Assembly: GCF_001194135.2 (NCBI RefSeq)
Contig: NC_068994.1
Location: forward strand, 27,841,043-27,881,421
DNA length: 40,379 nucleotides
Direction of reading: 5' to 3'
From: Octopus bimaculoides
Lineage: Eukaryota
Each line of letters begins with the position of its first letter. Positions within the stretch are counted from its first letter, which is position 1. Under the pieces are notes generated by a model. That model made no database searches and had not been told where the DNA came from. It was given only the letters and a program-made list of their open reading frames with translations. Positions 23,543-37,000 of the stretch are shown here, piece after piece. Position numbers and translations under genes: made by a program.

Positions 23543-24439
23543 TTGTGTTGAGTCAAAAGTTTTGCAATATTTTGGTGACTTATTTGTTTTATTCGTTAAG
23601 TTACACCAAAAGCAGCCTAGCATTCAAAGTAAAGGTCATCGTGTGGTACCGTTTGAATCTACTGTTCTGCTACTTCATTGAACCCACACTGATATCAGTT
23701 CTTATTCGTCGAGGTGAAGAAATCCTTCACTGGAGCTTCCACCTCCTCTTAGTGGATGGAGCATCACGAGCACAAGATGTGAGTCATGGATCGGAACAAG
23801 CAATAATCTGAGGAAGATATTTTCACTCAATCCTAACGTGCATATGTAGTGGTTAAGCAAGGGCCAGCTTCCAGAACCTGTCGCTAAACATAAGCGCCTT
23901 GAACACAAGGTGATACTCAACTCTGCGTTTGATGGAATTATGAGGAAATAATTCACTACTAGTTTGTTCCAGACGGTCGACCTGTACTCCGAACCGCTGG
24001 AGAGGCTGTATGCCATTGTCCAACAAAAATACTTGGCATTAGTTAACAGAAAGCGAACTCTTCTGTAGCAAGATAGTGCAAGATCTCTTACTGCTTGAAC
24101 GACCCAGATTAAACTCCAAGAGTTTGAGGGAATCGAACTGATATCCCACCTAGCATATAGAGCGGACTTAGCTCACTCGGGTTATTACTTGTTCCGACCC
24201 AGGACTCACTTCCTGTGCTCGCGACACTTCATCAACCAAGAGAATATGGGAGTTTCAGTGAGGAAGCTCATCACCTCGAAGCACAAGGACTGGTATCAGC
24301 TTGGGATCAAAGCACTGGTAGAAAGATGGCTTCAGACGTGCCTCACGATGGCCTCTACTTTGAATACTGGAGTGTTTTTGCTGTAACTTGAATAAAGCAA
24401 ATAAGTTAGCAAAATATTGCAAAATTTTGACTCATTAAA
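23543..24439 (+). mobile_element. Internally deleted mariner relic (about 0.9 kb)
   Basis: TIR core GAGTCAAAA(G/T)TTTGCAATATTTTG is inverted at both ends with flanking TA. C-terminal transposase remnants are QDSARS, HLAYRADLAHSGYYLFR and WYQLGIKALVERW. Most of the N-terminal region is missing. Confidence 0.82.
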
Positions 24440-26438
24440 ATATAACTTCAAACTGTGCCTTAACCTCGCAGAAAGAAGTAAAGGAAAAGGTGAAAGAAAT
24501 AAAGCAACACTGATAGCTGGCGATAAAATGTGAATGCTGATTTAGGATAAACACAATCACAAGTGTAAACATAAGTGTTACAGGGAGTATTCAGTGATAT
24601 TCATGAAGAAACAATGAAAATCCACCAAGTACAAATGTCGTCTTGAACCATTGTAATTTAAGATGTTAATTGCTAGTTCTTTGTACTTTTTAAATTTGGA
24701 AAGATTTAAAGCAGCATTCTTTTGTGCAAGTTATTCTCCGGACATGGAATCGAATGAACGGGAATAAAAGCCTTAATGTCAACTAAAATGGCAAAAATAT
24801 ATTCTCGTCCGACCCAAAGTTGCGGTTGATGGATTATATTTTGAATTTAATGCAAAAAAAAAATCTAACATATAAAAAAGAGAAGTCAGTGAATATTTCA
24901 AATGAGTTTACTCGATAGAAACAAGCATGAGATAACTATGGCCATTAAATGATAAGGAAAGTGGTAAGAGATAAACCAGAAAATTACTCAGAACTACACG
25001 ATTTACAACTACGCTCAATACCCCCACATGTGGAGCTAATTATCTGATAATACAGATAAAAACATCTTGAAACTCTATACAACATGAACGAGAATTAACG
25101 GACTGAAATAGAGGAAAATCAATATAACGAGAAACAATTTAATACAGTATTAGAAACAGAACGAAACATTAATACAATAATTAGCATTATCGCACCAACT
25201 ATTAATTTACAAAGAAATTGAACCAAGAAATGTAAGAAATATATGTCGGAAAAGAAAGAAAATACCAAGGAATCTGCGGGAGATCAATTCAGAATAAAAT
25301 TTCTATAAAATTTTTTCATAATAGGAATAATATGAAACCAAGCAGAAAACAGATATCATTTTTTTAAATGAATAAAGGTTCAAAAATAATTATTTCTATG
25401 ATTAAGGAATCGATTAGGTTTTGATTTATAGGGACCTCCAGCATAAAGGTTGGGAACTATAAGTACTTGCAGCCTAGTGATTGGAACTATAGAGATTGTT
25501 AGAAAGGTACTGAGAAAAATATACAGGGAGGAGCAAGACTTAAGAATGTGACTAAACAGATCTAGTTAAGTAAAGTCTTTTGGTAAGTGAGCGATATTTG
25601 GCAAAACTGGAGGGTTTGGAATGAAACCAAAGCTGATTGACCAATAACAAGTATAAAAACCAAAACAATTTTATTATGGCTACACTTGGCTAACAAGAAA
25701 TTATACACAAACTAATAGCAGACAGCAAATAAAGATAATATAGTTAGTAACTATTTGGAAACACTTGACCAAGTCAGAATATAGGCACAGATACGACCAA
25801 GTAGGTAGTTATGTACAAGGTTAAGTCAATGCCATCGTATTTAATGTAGTGAGGAGGAGGTGGTGGTGATGATGGTGATGGTGATCATGATGATGATCAT
25901 GATCATGATGACGACGACGACGACCCTGCCTCGATAATTTTTTCATATCCCAGACCAACCATTTCCCAAATCCCGGACACAAACACACACACAAACACAC
26001 ACACACACACACACACACATNNNNNNNNNNNNNNNNNNNNNNNNNNNNNNNNNNNNNNNNNNNNNNNNNNNNNNNNNNNNNNNNNNNNNNNNNNNNNNNN
26101 NNNNNNNNNNNNNNNNNNNNNNNNNNNNNNNNNNNNNNNNNNNNNNNNNNNNNNNNNNNNNNNNNNNNNNNNNNNNNNNNNNNNNNNNNNNNNNNNNNNN
26201 NNNNNNNNNNNNNNNNNNNNNNNNNNNNNNNNNNNNNNNNNNNNNNNNNNNNNNNNNNNNNNNNNNNNNNNNNNNNNNNNNNNNNNNNNNNNNNNNNNNN
26301 NNNNNNNNNNNNNNNNNNNNNNNNNNNNNNNNNNNNNNNNNNNNNNNNNNNNNNNNNNNNNNNNNNNNNNNNNNNNNNNNNNNNNNNNNNNNNNNNNNNN
26401 NNNNNNNNNNNNNNNNNNNNNNNNNNNNNNNNNNNNNN

Positions 26439-26476
<38 letters not shown>

Positions 26477-26692
26477 CGCGCGCGTCTGTGTGTGTGTTTA
26501 CACATATATATGTATGTATGTATGTGTGTAAGTGTGTGTCTGCGTGTATGCATTGGTTCGTTCGAAACATTGGGAAATTTTTAATGAGACTATTTAAGAG
26601 CCTGCTCAAATGTAAATAGAGCTATAAATAATACAGGAATACTTCGCAATATATCTAAAGTATATTATTACCCGATACATTAGAAACTACTA

Positions 26693-27680
26693 CAGGATGC
26701 GTAAGGTATTTGAGGACATACCTTTTTGGGTAATTGCAGCATTTTTTGCTAATTCTGTATAATCTTTGTTTCAGAAAACAATAATGTCAGACTCTCAGCT
26801 TACTCAAGAAACGAAGAGTCATGCTATTGTTGTGGTTATAAAGGCTGAGCATAGCGATTTAGAAATATCTCGATTTTTAAAATTTGCCAAATCTTTCGTC
26901 TACATAGTTTGTTAGGAGCTAGAGACTGAAGATGGAAACGTATCACCAGTATCAAAGTATAAAAACGCTCTTAAATAATCAGAACACCTGAATTTATCCA
27001 GCAAGTTCAACAGACTATTGACTGCAATTCCAGAAAGTCCATGAGGTCAATTACAGATCTCCATGTGTCAGAAGGAACAGTCAGAAATATTGTCCACGAA
27101 GACATCAGATATAAGTCTTATATGACGAGGAAAGGTCAATTTGTCAGAAAGAACAAACGAAAATCACCACATCAGATCAAAAAGGCTCTTAAACAAACTG
27201 AGAAATCCAGCAGAAGAAGATTTGATTTGGTTTTGCTCAGACGAGAAAAACTTCGACCAAGACCAGAAAATTTCCTGCAACTGTCATGGTTTTAGAGGTT
27301 GTTAGCAATGAAGGGCATGTGATCCCTCCTTACTTCTTTCTACAAGGCCTTAGAGTTAATTCTGCCGCCTACATTGAGGTCCTGGAAATAATCGTTAAGC
27401 CCCGGATATACAGTGTATGCAATGGAAGGCCATATGTGTTTCAGTTAGATTCCACACTGGCTTTAGTAACACAGGAGTGGATGGCTGAAAATTTTCATGA
27501 TCACATAACCCTTAACATTTGGCCTCCTAATTCTCCAGATCTCAATCCATTGGACTATTACATGTGAAGCGTTGTTCAGAGAGAGGTCAATGAACACGCC
27601 CATAACACCAAATATACTTTGACAGCTACAATAGTCAGAGTAATGTCCAAAATGAATCAGGACCACTTGATTCGCGCATA
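26693..27680 (+). mobile_element. Tc1/mariner element of maT (DD37D-like) type, 3'-truncated
   Basis: ATG at 26784 (MSDSQLTQETKSHAIVVVIKAEHSDLEIS). Also SDEKNFDQDQK, VMVLEVVSNEG, YVFQLDS and WPPNSPDLNPLDY (third catalytic residue Asp). The D-D spacing is 34 here; the maT assignment assumes a small deletion. No right TIR was found. Confidence 0.8.
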
Positions 27681-28753
27681 TAAAGGATTTAGACGAGAAA
27701 GTTGATGACACTGCATGGGGAGCTACACCCTAAAGCAAACGTAAACAGACTAATTAGTCCTCCTGGCAGAGGACTAATTAGTATAGACCATTGTATAAGG
27801 AGTGAAAGGAGAACGCTTGTCGAGTATTTGATAAATGGTGATGAAGACCTGCTGCAATATGCCGCGAAAGATATGGGTGTAAATGCAGATGAAACGATGA
27901 GCAAGTAAGAGTTTAACCAAAGAGCTGAGGAGAAAAGAAAAGAAGAACTTCTTGAAAGGAGAATGCATGGACAGTTTGAAAGGAATACACAGGACGTTAA
28001 GGATAATACAGCATCGTGGGCATGGCTTGTGAGAGGTGATTTGAAGCGCACCACTGAAAGCCTTATCATTGCTGCATAAGAGCAGGCTCTCGCTATCAAT
28101 TCAGTGAAGTATAACATCTATAACACTTCTGACATACAGAAATGCAGACTCTGTGGGAAGAGTGCGGAAAATGTGACCCTCTTGGCGAGTGAATGTGAGA
28201 GCCTTGCACAAAAAGTATACCAGCGCCGCCACGATAAAATGTGTGTGTATCTTCATTGGCTCTTATGCCGTAAATACCAATATGAAGTAATAGAGAACTG
28301 GTATGAGCATGTACCAAGTAAAGTTATGCAGGAGGATGGAAAAGTAACGATACTCTGGGACTATGATTTTCAGACGGATCGGGTAATCGAGCACCGTCGG
28401 ACGGATATTGTCATATTGAATAAGAGAGACAAATACTATAAGGTCATTTTATGTAGCCATACCAAATGACATGGATGTTGTGAGTAAAGAGGTTGAAAAA
28501 AATCATCAAGTACTCCGAATTGAAAGTGGAAATGGCAAGACTGTATGGAATGCGAGAGGGTAATGTAAAAGTGACTTCTTAAGGCAACTGGAAATCCCAT
28601 GCAAGATTGATGTCTTGCAAAAAGCAGGCTTATTGGGCACAGCGCACATCTTAAGGAAATTATTATCTGCCTGAGGTCCTTGTGACTTGACATACGACTA
28701 AAGACTCCGGTGCATTTTTACCTACACTGTTACGAAGGAATAATAATAATAAT
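27681..28753 (+). mobile_element. 5'-truncated R4/Dong-like RLE LINE with zinc knuckle, endonuclease and (TAA)n tail
   Basis: LHPKANVNRL...GRGLISI, then CRLCGKSAENVTLLASEC (decayed CCHC), RRHDK, LWDYDFQTDRVIEHRRTDIVIL and KYSELKVEMARL. It ends in TAATAATAATAAT at about 28741-28753. Confidence 0.9.
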
Positions 28754-29649
28754 CAAACGTGAGGATGTGAAGACACTAAAGGAAAATGCATTTATTTGCG
28801 TCATGGAAACAGATTTCAAATGACATTTGCAATAATCATTTTTTTTCAGCATACTTTATAAATTTGTTATTTTCCTCAAAGCGCTTCTTTTGTTCTTTTA
28901 AGCAGGGAAAATTTATTAAAATTCTCACTTTCTAGTTGAGAGATAAACAGTTCAAACTCCATATTGAGTACACTAATACCATTTATTAAGAATTACAGTT
29001 TGAAATTTAGTGAGAAAGTTGATCATATCAGCTCATATAATAGGGTTCTTCCTTCGAGCAGCTCATTTTCCTCTTATAAAAAAAAAAACTATGAAGAGTA
29101 TTTCTCATTTTTCACACTCATTTCAGTACAATGGAGTACAAGATTGACATATATTATATGTAACATTTCGCAATATTCTCTATATTTTTATCTATCTAAT
29201 TTTCTTGCTCTAATATTTATGCATCTCACGGCCGTCAACATAACTTGATGTTCACCACAGAGTAACTAAGTGTATAATACAGTGACATTTTATTAGAAGG
29301 TGATCTAAAAAGTTTTCAAGCCAAGTTATTGTCCCAACGGGCTTTGCCGATCATCTTTGGGGCTCCCTATGCTACAAATACTTGCTGAGGATTACTGAAA
29401 TTTTCGTGAAGATTTTTCGAACGCAATTTTACATTGTCAAATACGTCTGATGCTTTTTTTATAAAGCGACTAAAGACAAATAAGTTTTCTTAAAGATACT
29501 AAAATTGTCACCAATTCTTCATACAAAATACTTAACTCGATTATACCACATATGTCAATAGATTCTTCTCTACTCCAGACCCAATCACTATTCAGTTTTC
29601 ATTCTATTTTCATTTAATGTTGAGTTTTATAATGTTTAAGCCAGCAGTT

Positions 29650-29795
29650 TCAGGGTTCGACTGATATTTATTTTATCGGCCCCTGAAAGGATGAAACACA
29701 AAGTTGAACTCGGTCAAATTTGAACTCAGAAAGTAAAGAACGGAAGTAATGTCTAAGTATTTTCTCTGATTGCGCGATCGATTCTGCCAGCTGGA
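29650..29795 (-). repeat. Family B SINE fragment
   Basis: CCCTGAAAGGATGAAACACAAAGTTGAACTCGGTCAAATTTGAACTCAGAA. Confidence 0.7.
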
Positions 29796-30789
29796 AGCCT
29801 TCAGCTTGGAGTACAGCTTGTTTCCACAACAAGTTTCAATAGTCATAGTCGACTACAAGGATAATGACGTCTAAATACCCAACCACGTATGCGACACCCA
29901 GGATATTGATGCAACAACATCGATTTCCCACTTTGTACAGAAAAGTATAAAGGAACACATAGCCACTGTGCTGGATGCATCCACCACCAACTGTAATTGC
30001 AGAGGAGGAGTAGTATTTCACAATAACTGAGTTCACTTTGCCAAAGTAATCCATGGTCACCAACACAATCAGCAAGTATATAGTAATAGACTAGATAGTA
30101 GAGAAAGGAAGCAGGGAATATGTCTAGGTGTCACACTGCACTCCATACTGCTCATCATTGCAAGGTTATAGTGTGTAGTGGGATCACCAGCTAGACGATA
30201 ACATAATTTCAATAAATCGAGAATTTATGTTGTATAGTATTTAGTATACCTGTATTTGTCTGTGTCCTTCAAATACACGCCACTGACTATGAATTATTTC
30301 TCTTAGCTCATTTTTGTTTCAGTTATGCAAAGTATCTGGGCCATAAATATATCCTACTCTGTTTTCGGATAACTTTAAATCTCTTAGCTACTGGAGATAA
30401 AGTTTATACAATTGCCGTGCTGATGATGTCTATTGAGCCAGAAACACGTTTCCATGATTGTATTCTTATCACTAGACAATAAGTTCATCCTTTTCTCAAT
30501 GGCATGCCAGTTTTTGACTTTAGAGGTAATTTGCCATTCCCAAGTGGAGTTGATCTTAATTGCCATTTAGTTATTTTTATATATCCTTCAGAAGTGAAGA
30601 TAATAGTCATAAATCGAGAATATATGTTGTACGGTATGTAATATACCTGTATTTATCTGCATATCTAGAAGAATGAATCTGTGTGTTGTGCCTTATTGTT
30701 TGGTTGGCTATCTTTATGACTAGAGCTACTGCATCAGAGCTGGTCTGAGGCTACACAACAGCAATACATTCAACATCTTCCACTGCTAA

Positions 30790-31200
30790 CACTACCTCAC
30801 AACCACTACCATCACCTTTGCCTTCATTATCGCAATCGCTTTCACTACTTCAATCACGACAACGATGACGAATACACCCACCACCACCACCACCACCACC
30901 ACCACCACCACCACCACCACCACCACTACCACCATCACCACCCACCACCACGTTTGAGATATGAAACGATTATTTGCACACATTTTGACGTTCTGTTCTC
31001 TATCGCCTATACTTCCAACATTGTCAGCACTACCAGCAATACTACCAGTTCCACTACTTTCACTACTCCTACCACATCAATACCTCCTCTATCACCACCA
31101 CCATCACAACCACCATCACCATCACAACCACCAATACCATCACAACCACCATCACCACTACTACCAATATCCTAATCCCCCACCCTCATCGACGATTATT
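30790..31200. repeat. ACC/ACT/ATC-rich degenerate trinucleotide tract
   Basis: Pure (ACC)n at about 30880-30925, embedded in a degenerate AC-N repeat. Confidence 0.9.
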
Positions 31201-31377
31201 ATATCACAAAGATGATAAACGTCCAAATTTCAATTACATTCACGTCCTTCCGCTGTCATACATCAGCAATTGAAAGTTAAAAACGTAAATACTAAAAAAA
31301 TTGCCTCTTGTTCTAATACTGTATAAATATATAATAATACTAAAAAGTAGACATATATATATATATAATAATAATAA

Positions 31378-31620
31378 ATGCGCCCTTTTAAAGCCTAGCC
31401 AGGCTCATGGGCCCGGTTTCCCGGTTTCAATGGCGTATGCGTTTCCCAGCTGGACGGGACGCCAGTCCATCGCAGCGTTACTCATTTTTGCCAGCTGAGT
31501 GGACTGGAGCAACGTGAAATGAAGTGTTCTGCTCAAGAACACAACGTGTGCCCCGGTCCAAGAATCGAAACCACAATCTTACGATCAGGATGCTGATACC
31601 CTAACCACTAAGCCACGCCC
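31378..31620 (-). repeat. tRNA-derived SINE, family C head/core with a different tail
   Basis: Same head and core as 12703-13035, followed by GCTGCGATGGACTGGCGTCCCGTCCAG. Confidence 0.8.
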
Positions 31621-32322
31621 CCCCCCATATATATATATATATANNNNNNNNNNNNNNNNNNNNNNNNNNNNNNNNNNNNNNNNNNNNNNNNNNNNNNNNN
31701 NNNNNNNNNNNNNNNNNNNNNNNNNNNNNNNNNNNNNNNNNNNNNNNNNNNNNNNNNNNNNNNNNNNNNNNNNNNNNNNNNNNNNNNNNNNNNNNNNNNN
31801 NNNNNNNNNNNNNNNNNNNNNNNNNNNNNNNNNNNNNNNNNNNNNNNNNNNNNNNNNNNNNNNNNNNNNNNNNNNNNNNNNNNNNNNNNNNNNNNNNNNN
31901 NNNNNNNNNNNNNNNNNNNNNNNNNNNNNNNNNNNNNNNNNNNNNNNNNNNNNNNNNNNNNNNNNNNNNNNNNNNNNNNNNNNNNNNNNNNNNNNNNNNN
32001 NNNNNNNNNNNNNNNNNNNNNNNNNNNNNNNNNNNNNNNNNNNNNNNNNNNNNNNNNNNNNNNNNNNNNNNNNNNNNNNNNNNNNNNNNNNNNNNNNNNN
32101 NNNNNNNNNNNNNNNNNNNNNNNNNNNNNNNNNNNNNNNNNNNNNNNNNNNNNNNNNNNNNNNNNNNNNNNNNNNNNNNNNNNNNNNNNNNNNNNNNNNN
32201 NNNNNNNNNNNNNNNNNNNNNNNNNNNNNNNNNNNNNNNNNNNNNNNNNNNNNNNNNNNNNNNNNNNNNNNNNNNNNNNNNNNNNNNNNNNNNNNNNNNN
32301 NNNNNNNNNNNNNNNNNNNNNN

Positions 32323-32352
<30 letters not shown>

Positions 32353-32354
<2 letters not shown>

Positions 32355-32560
32355 GTGTGTGTCTGTCTGTCTGCCTGTCTGTGTTTGTTGCCCCACCACT
32401 GCTTGACAACAGGTGTTGTTGTGCTTACATCTCCACAACTTGACGGTTCGGTAAAAGAGACTGATAGAATAAGTACGAGATCTAAAAACAATAAGCCTTC
32501 CAGGGCGGTGCCCCAGCATGGCCGCAGTCAAATGACTGTAACAATTAAAAGGAAAAATTA
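32353..32560 (+). repeat. Family A SINE 3' half
   Basis: GCTTGACAAC...GGTTCGGTAAAAGAGACTGATAGAATAAGTAC...CAGCATGGCCGCAGTCAAATGACTG. Confidence 0.8.
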
Positions 32561-33866
32561 TACATTTATGGATATGTGAATACATATTAAAGAAAGAAAA
32601 AAATGAAGATATTGGTATTACATTTATTATCCGGTTACAATCGTTTCAATTGCGGGTGGGATAGATACTCAAGAGCATTAAATTTAAATATACACATTAT
32701 GTGTGTATATGTCTACCTTTATGTATTATATGTATACATGTGTGTGCGTGTCTACACGCGCGCATGCGTGCGTGCATACGTGTGAAGGTGCGTGGCCGAG
32801 TGGTTAGAGTGTTGCACAAGATCATGGTATCGATTCGCAGACTAAAGATTAAAAACGTAAAAATTCTGGTCGAACAATTTAATTTTTTAATCCTTAATTT
32901 CTAAGGTTAACTTTTAAAACTTTTTATAATACAGTATACACTTCCTCTTAGGATTAACTTCCTTATGATATAGTAGATTGTCTAATTAAATGGCAATTAT
33001 CATTTACAGTAAGTAGCATATGGTTCAATTTAGCCTCTTTTATTTAGTATTTTATTTTGCATTTTATATTTTAAAAATTGTATTGTCTGATTTATGTTAT
33101 CTTAATTTAGAATATAATCATTCATGATGATATATAATAATCTAACCTGAAATAGAATATTCTCCATAATAAATAATATCTTTCCCATAGAATTCTCATT
33201 AATTCAGCCTGTCTTCCTCTACTCATTGTATATATATATTGAATGATACTACAGATAAAATTACAATTCCTTTTGACCAGATTAATCTGTGTACTAAATA
33301 AGTTTATTTCAATATACCCAACCTTCTCTTTTTATATGAACTAAGCATTTTTATATAACTCGTCTATAAGGTGTGGAAAGCACTAAGTACTGCTGTTTGT
33401 ATTCATCTAGACGCCTCGTACGCTTGGGTACAATACGTATTAAGTTACAATTCTATCATGATCTGATAAATACGAATCGTAAGCAGATATATAAAGATCA
33501 ACTTCCTAGCCCATTGACTGGTGAAACGGTTGGATAAAGTGAAAGAGATGAGCTGACCCAAATTCACTACTTATTCTCTTAAAATGATCAACAATATAAG
33601 CAGTGGTGATACACTTATGATGAAAATAGAATGGTGGTGAATTGCTCTCCGTCCCTCCATCTCTCTCTCTCTCTCACACACACACGCGCGCGCGAGAGAG
33701 AGAGCGTCGCACGCACACACCTACACTCGCTCAGTCTAGCGTTTTTATCGATGGGATAGATTAAGTTGTGTATAAGTGTTGCATTACAACATTTTCAGGT
33801 ATGCTTTTCTATTTGAAACGTACTTGGCTAATAAATCCTGACTAAATTTTCACTCTTGTGTTTTTC

Positions 33867-33898
<32 letters not shown>

Positions 33899-34157
33899 TG
33901 TATGTATGTATATGTGTGTGTGTGTATGTGCATGTGTGTGTGTGTGTGTGTCTGTATGAACAGGTTGACTCAGCCGCACAGTACCGTAAGTTTCGTTGTC
34001 ATACATCAACAGCTTGTTTATCAGAAGTTTAAATTCAGTGTGTGGAGAAATAAATATTGCTTCTAAGTTAGAAAATGTGGGTTCTACCTAATATGGTTAA
34101 TACATTTAATTTCGCAATGTGTTTTGAGTGTTATTTTTTCCATCTGTATGCCTACCT

Positions 34158-34202
<45 letters not shown>

Positions 34203-35672
34203 TATATAGTAAGCGTGGAGGTATTAGATAATCCAGGCATTTACCTCACGTAGCACTCATACGATCGGAAAATCCTTTGTCTAGCCTGACCTAATTTAGG
34301 AAAATATGAATACAAAATTTGTCCGTTTCACACTTCAAGTATGGTTTGTCATCAAACGACTATACAAACAGAATCAATAACAGTACTGTAAATAATCATT
34401 GTACAACACCACGAAGAGCTTGTATCTTTCATTGTAACGATGAAAATAAAGGGCTATTTTAACTAATAATATTCTTTTCTCATTTCTTTGTTACATACAT
34501 ATAATTTTGGTGAAGTTGACGTACAAACTTGTGCACATATTTATTATGTTTAGTGACTTCCCGACTCAAGAACTGCATGCCTTTTCTATGAAATGCGGCA
34601 TAAAACATTGTATTCTGGCGACACTCGCTTTTAAGAATAACATCCTGATTAACATAATAACAAACGTTGTATTCTTGTGAAGAAACGACTCAGCTTCCTA
34701 CTACTGAAAACGTGAATTGAACTGTTAGAACCAACGTTTGAATTACATATAATAGTAAAATATCTCTATTACATTTTCAGTTATTCTGAAGTCTTTATAG
34801 TGTTAAATCCGGCCTTGAAAGATCTATATGCATCCTTCTTCAACTTGCTTTACAGTCTCTACAAAGTGACATCCGTCAGTCAGTAAAGAAACGAATAATG
34901 CAGTCTCGTATAAATCCGAATTTTCAGCTGGTGACATGTTTCTACCTTCAACAAAAATGCAGCAACGTTGAACAGAGTACATCTCTGGAAGCCCACATAT
35001 CTCTACACTTGAGTGCACTCAAAGCTGCACATACAGGTGTATGTAAATCGCTGGAACTATGAAAGCCTGCAAGCGACAGCATTTTCGACAGCCACTCAGT
35101 CTTTGCCATGCGTCCCGAATTTCAGATCCTGCATTCTTCCACAATTCTATACGGATTCTCGTGCATATATATTCTTATAGACTCTCAAGAACTATTTCTT
35201 AGCATGCATCTATTCTTTTCTTGCATTTCAGTACCAAATTTCTTCTAACGAACACGCCATCTATTCATCTGTTTTACTTTTGTTTACTTTTCATTTCGTA
35301 CTATTAACAATAATTTCTGCCCAGCGAACTTTTAGTTATATACATGATAGCACGTTTGTAACCCCGCAACACAATTACGTTTCAAACCTCTCTTCTTGCT
35401 AGCACAGAGAAGTTGATTCTTTTATTCTTTCTGTTTCTCCATTTTCCACTTGTATTCTAGCAGTCAATAATAGATGAAGTTAACTCCCTACAGAATGGAA
35501 AACAGAACTGCAAATAACCATTGCCCAACACATTGTAACGTTAAAAATTAAGAGCCATTTCAACTAATAATATATTCTTCCTCTCATTTATTTGCTACAT
35601 ACAAATCGTTACAATTCTGGTGACGCTGATGTACAAACATATATAAACAATCGTCACAGACACAGACCGACA

Positions 35673-35777
<105 letters not shown>

Positions 35778-36706
35778 GACTATGCATATTATTAAGTCCA
35801 ATATCGTTTTAATATTGCCTAATTCCAAATAAACACATACATCAGCGAAGATCGGTGATGGCTATGAAAGAAAGATTACATTATGTGATATGTAAACATA
35901 TCTTTTCATATAAATACATTTTGATAGGCCGGTGCAGCGGAGTCACGATATCAGAAGGTGCGGCAAATAGCTTAGAATAGAGCATTGTTTATAAATATAT
36001 ATAAGTTCAATAACATTAAAAAGAGAGAGAAGGGCAGAAAAGGTGTTATAATGACGTATAAAAGTAGGGCTAGGATAAGATATTATACATCGCCTGTAAG
36101 ATTAAGAGTGAAAGAAATTGTATGAGTAGGCAGGATGAAAGGTAAGGATGATGCTATAAAATTTAAGACTGAAAAAGATGGGGTTAGGTCACCTGATTCC
36201 AAAGAAACACATATATCAGAGCAGACCGGTGTTAGGTACGAAAAAATTTATTACATTATGTGAGATGTAAACATATCTTTTCATATAAATACATTCCTTA
36301 TTCCTGTTATTGCGTCATTTCTGCTTATAGATGTATGTGTATGTATATGAGCGCGCGAGTATCTTTTATCTCTTACTGCGGCCATGATGGGGCACCACCT
36401 TTAAGGGTTTAAGGGTTGAACGAATCGAGTCCTTATTTTTAAAAGCCTAGTATTTATTGTATTGCTCTCTCTCGCGTCGCAAAGTTACGGGGACATAAAC
36501 AAGCGATGGTGGTGGGGTCAAACAGAATTAAAGAATTAAGATTTAGAAAGGAGGCGTTAAATGCCGTATCCAAACCTTGTTTCAGGGTAAGTCCAAGATA
36601 ATGTGCCTGCAGAGCACGTTCACCACTTACGGCTACAAGGCGTCATCAGCGTTACTGTGCGTTCGTCGTTGGATCTACGTCCGGAATTCCAAGATGCGCG
36701 TAGGGT

Positions 36707-37000
36707 ATATTTTAGATAATAGATACGCAAGACGGAGTGTAGCTAGAAGCTTTATTAGTACAACAATCGTTTCGGTTTCATTTTGCACTGCTCCCTAGTG
36801 GGTGTGGAACGATGTAATTACATCAGATGCACCACACAATGCAAAAGAGCCTCTACGGGTGACGAAACATGCTTCAAAAGTTACCAGATCTACATTTCAT
36901 TTTCGCAGAAAGTTATTTGCTGCTAGTGAGATTCTAGCAATAACTACAAGCTAATAAAGCTTGTAGTTACACTCTGTCTTCCGTATCTATCATTTAATAT
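36707..37000. mobile_element. About 295-bp MITE-like element with about 40-bp inverted repeats and internal hairpins
   Basis: 36719-36758 vs revcomp 36951-36990 match at 36/40 nt, and the ends are AT-rich. Confidence 0.6.

Noticed and set aside
24950-25820. A-rich stretch as another decayed RLE LINE
   Set aside because: Only faint, short motif resemblances; not supportable without alignment to a consensus.
30415-30460. CTGATGA...GAAAC on the plus strand as a hammerhead
   Set aside because: No stem I or credible stem II pairing; a chance co-occurrence.
30954-31215. Thr/Pro/Ser-rich and His-rich ORFs (mucin-like or His-rich peptides)
   Set aside because: They are translations of the degenerate ACC trinucleotide tract, with no splice or domain support.
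34810-35170. Slightly GC-richer stretch with a 64-aa minus-strand ORF as an upstream exon
   Set aside because: No recognisable motif and no convincing splice sites.
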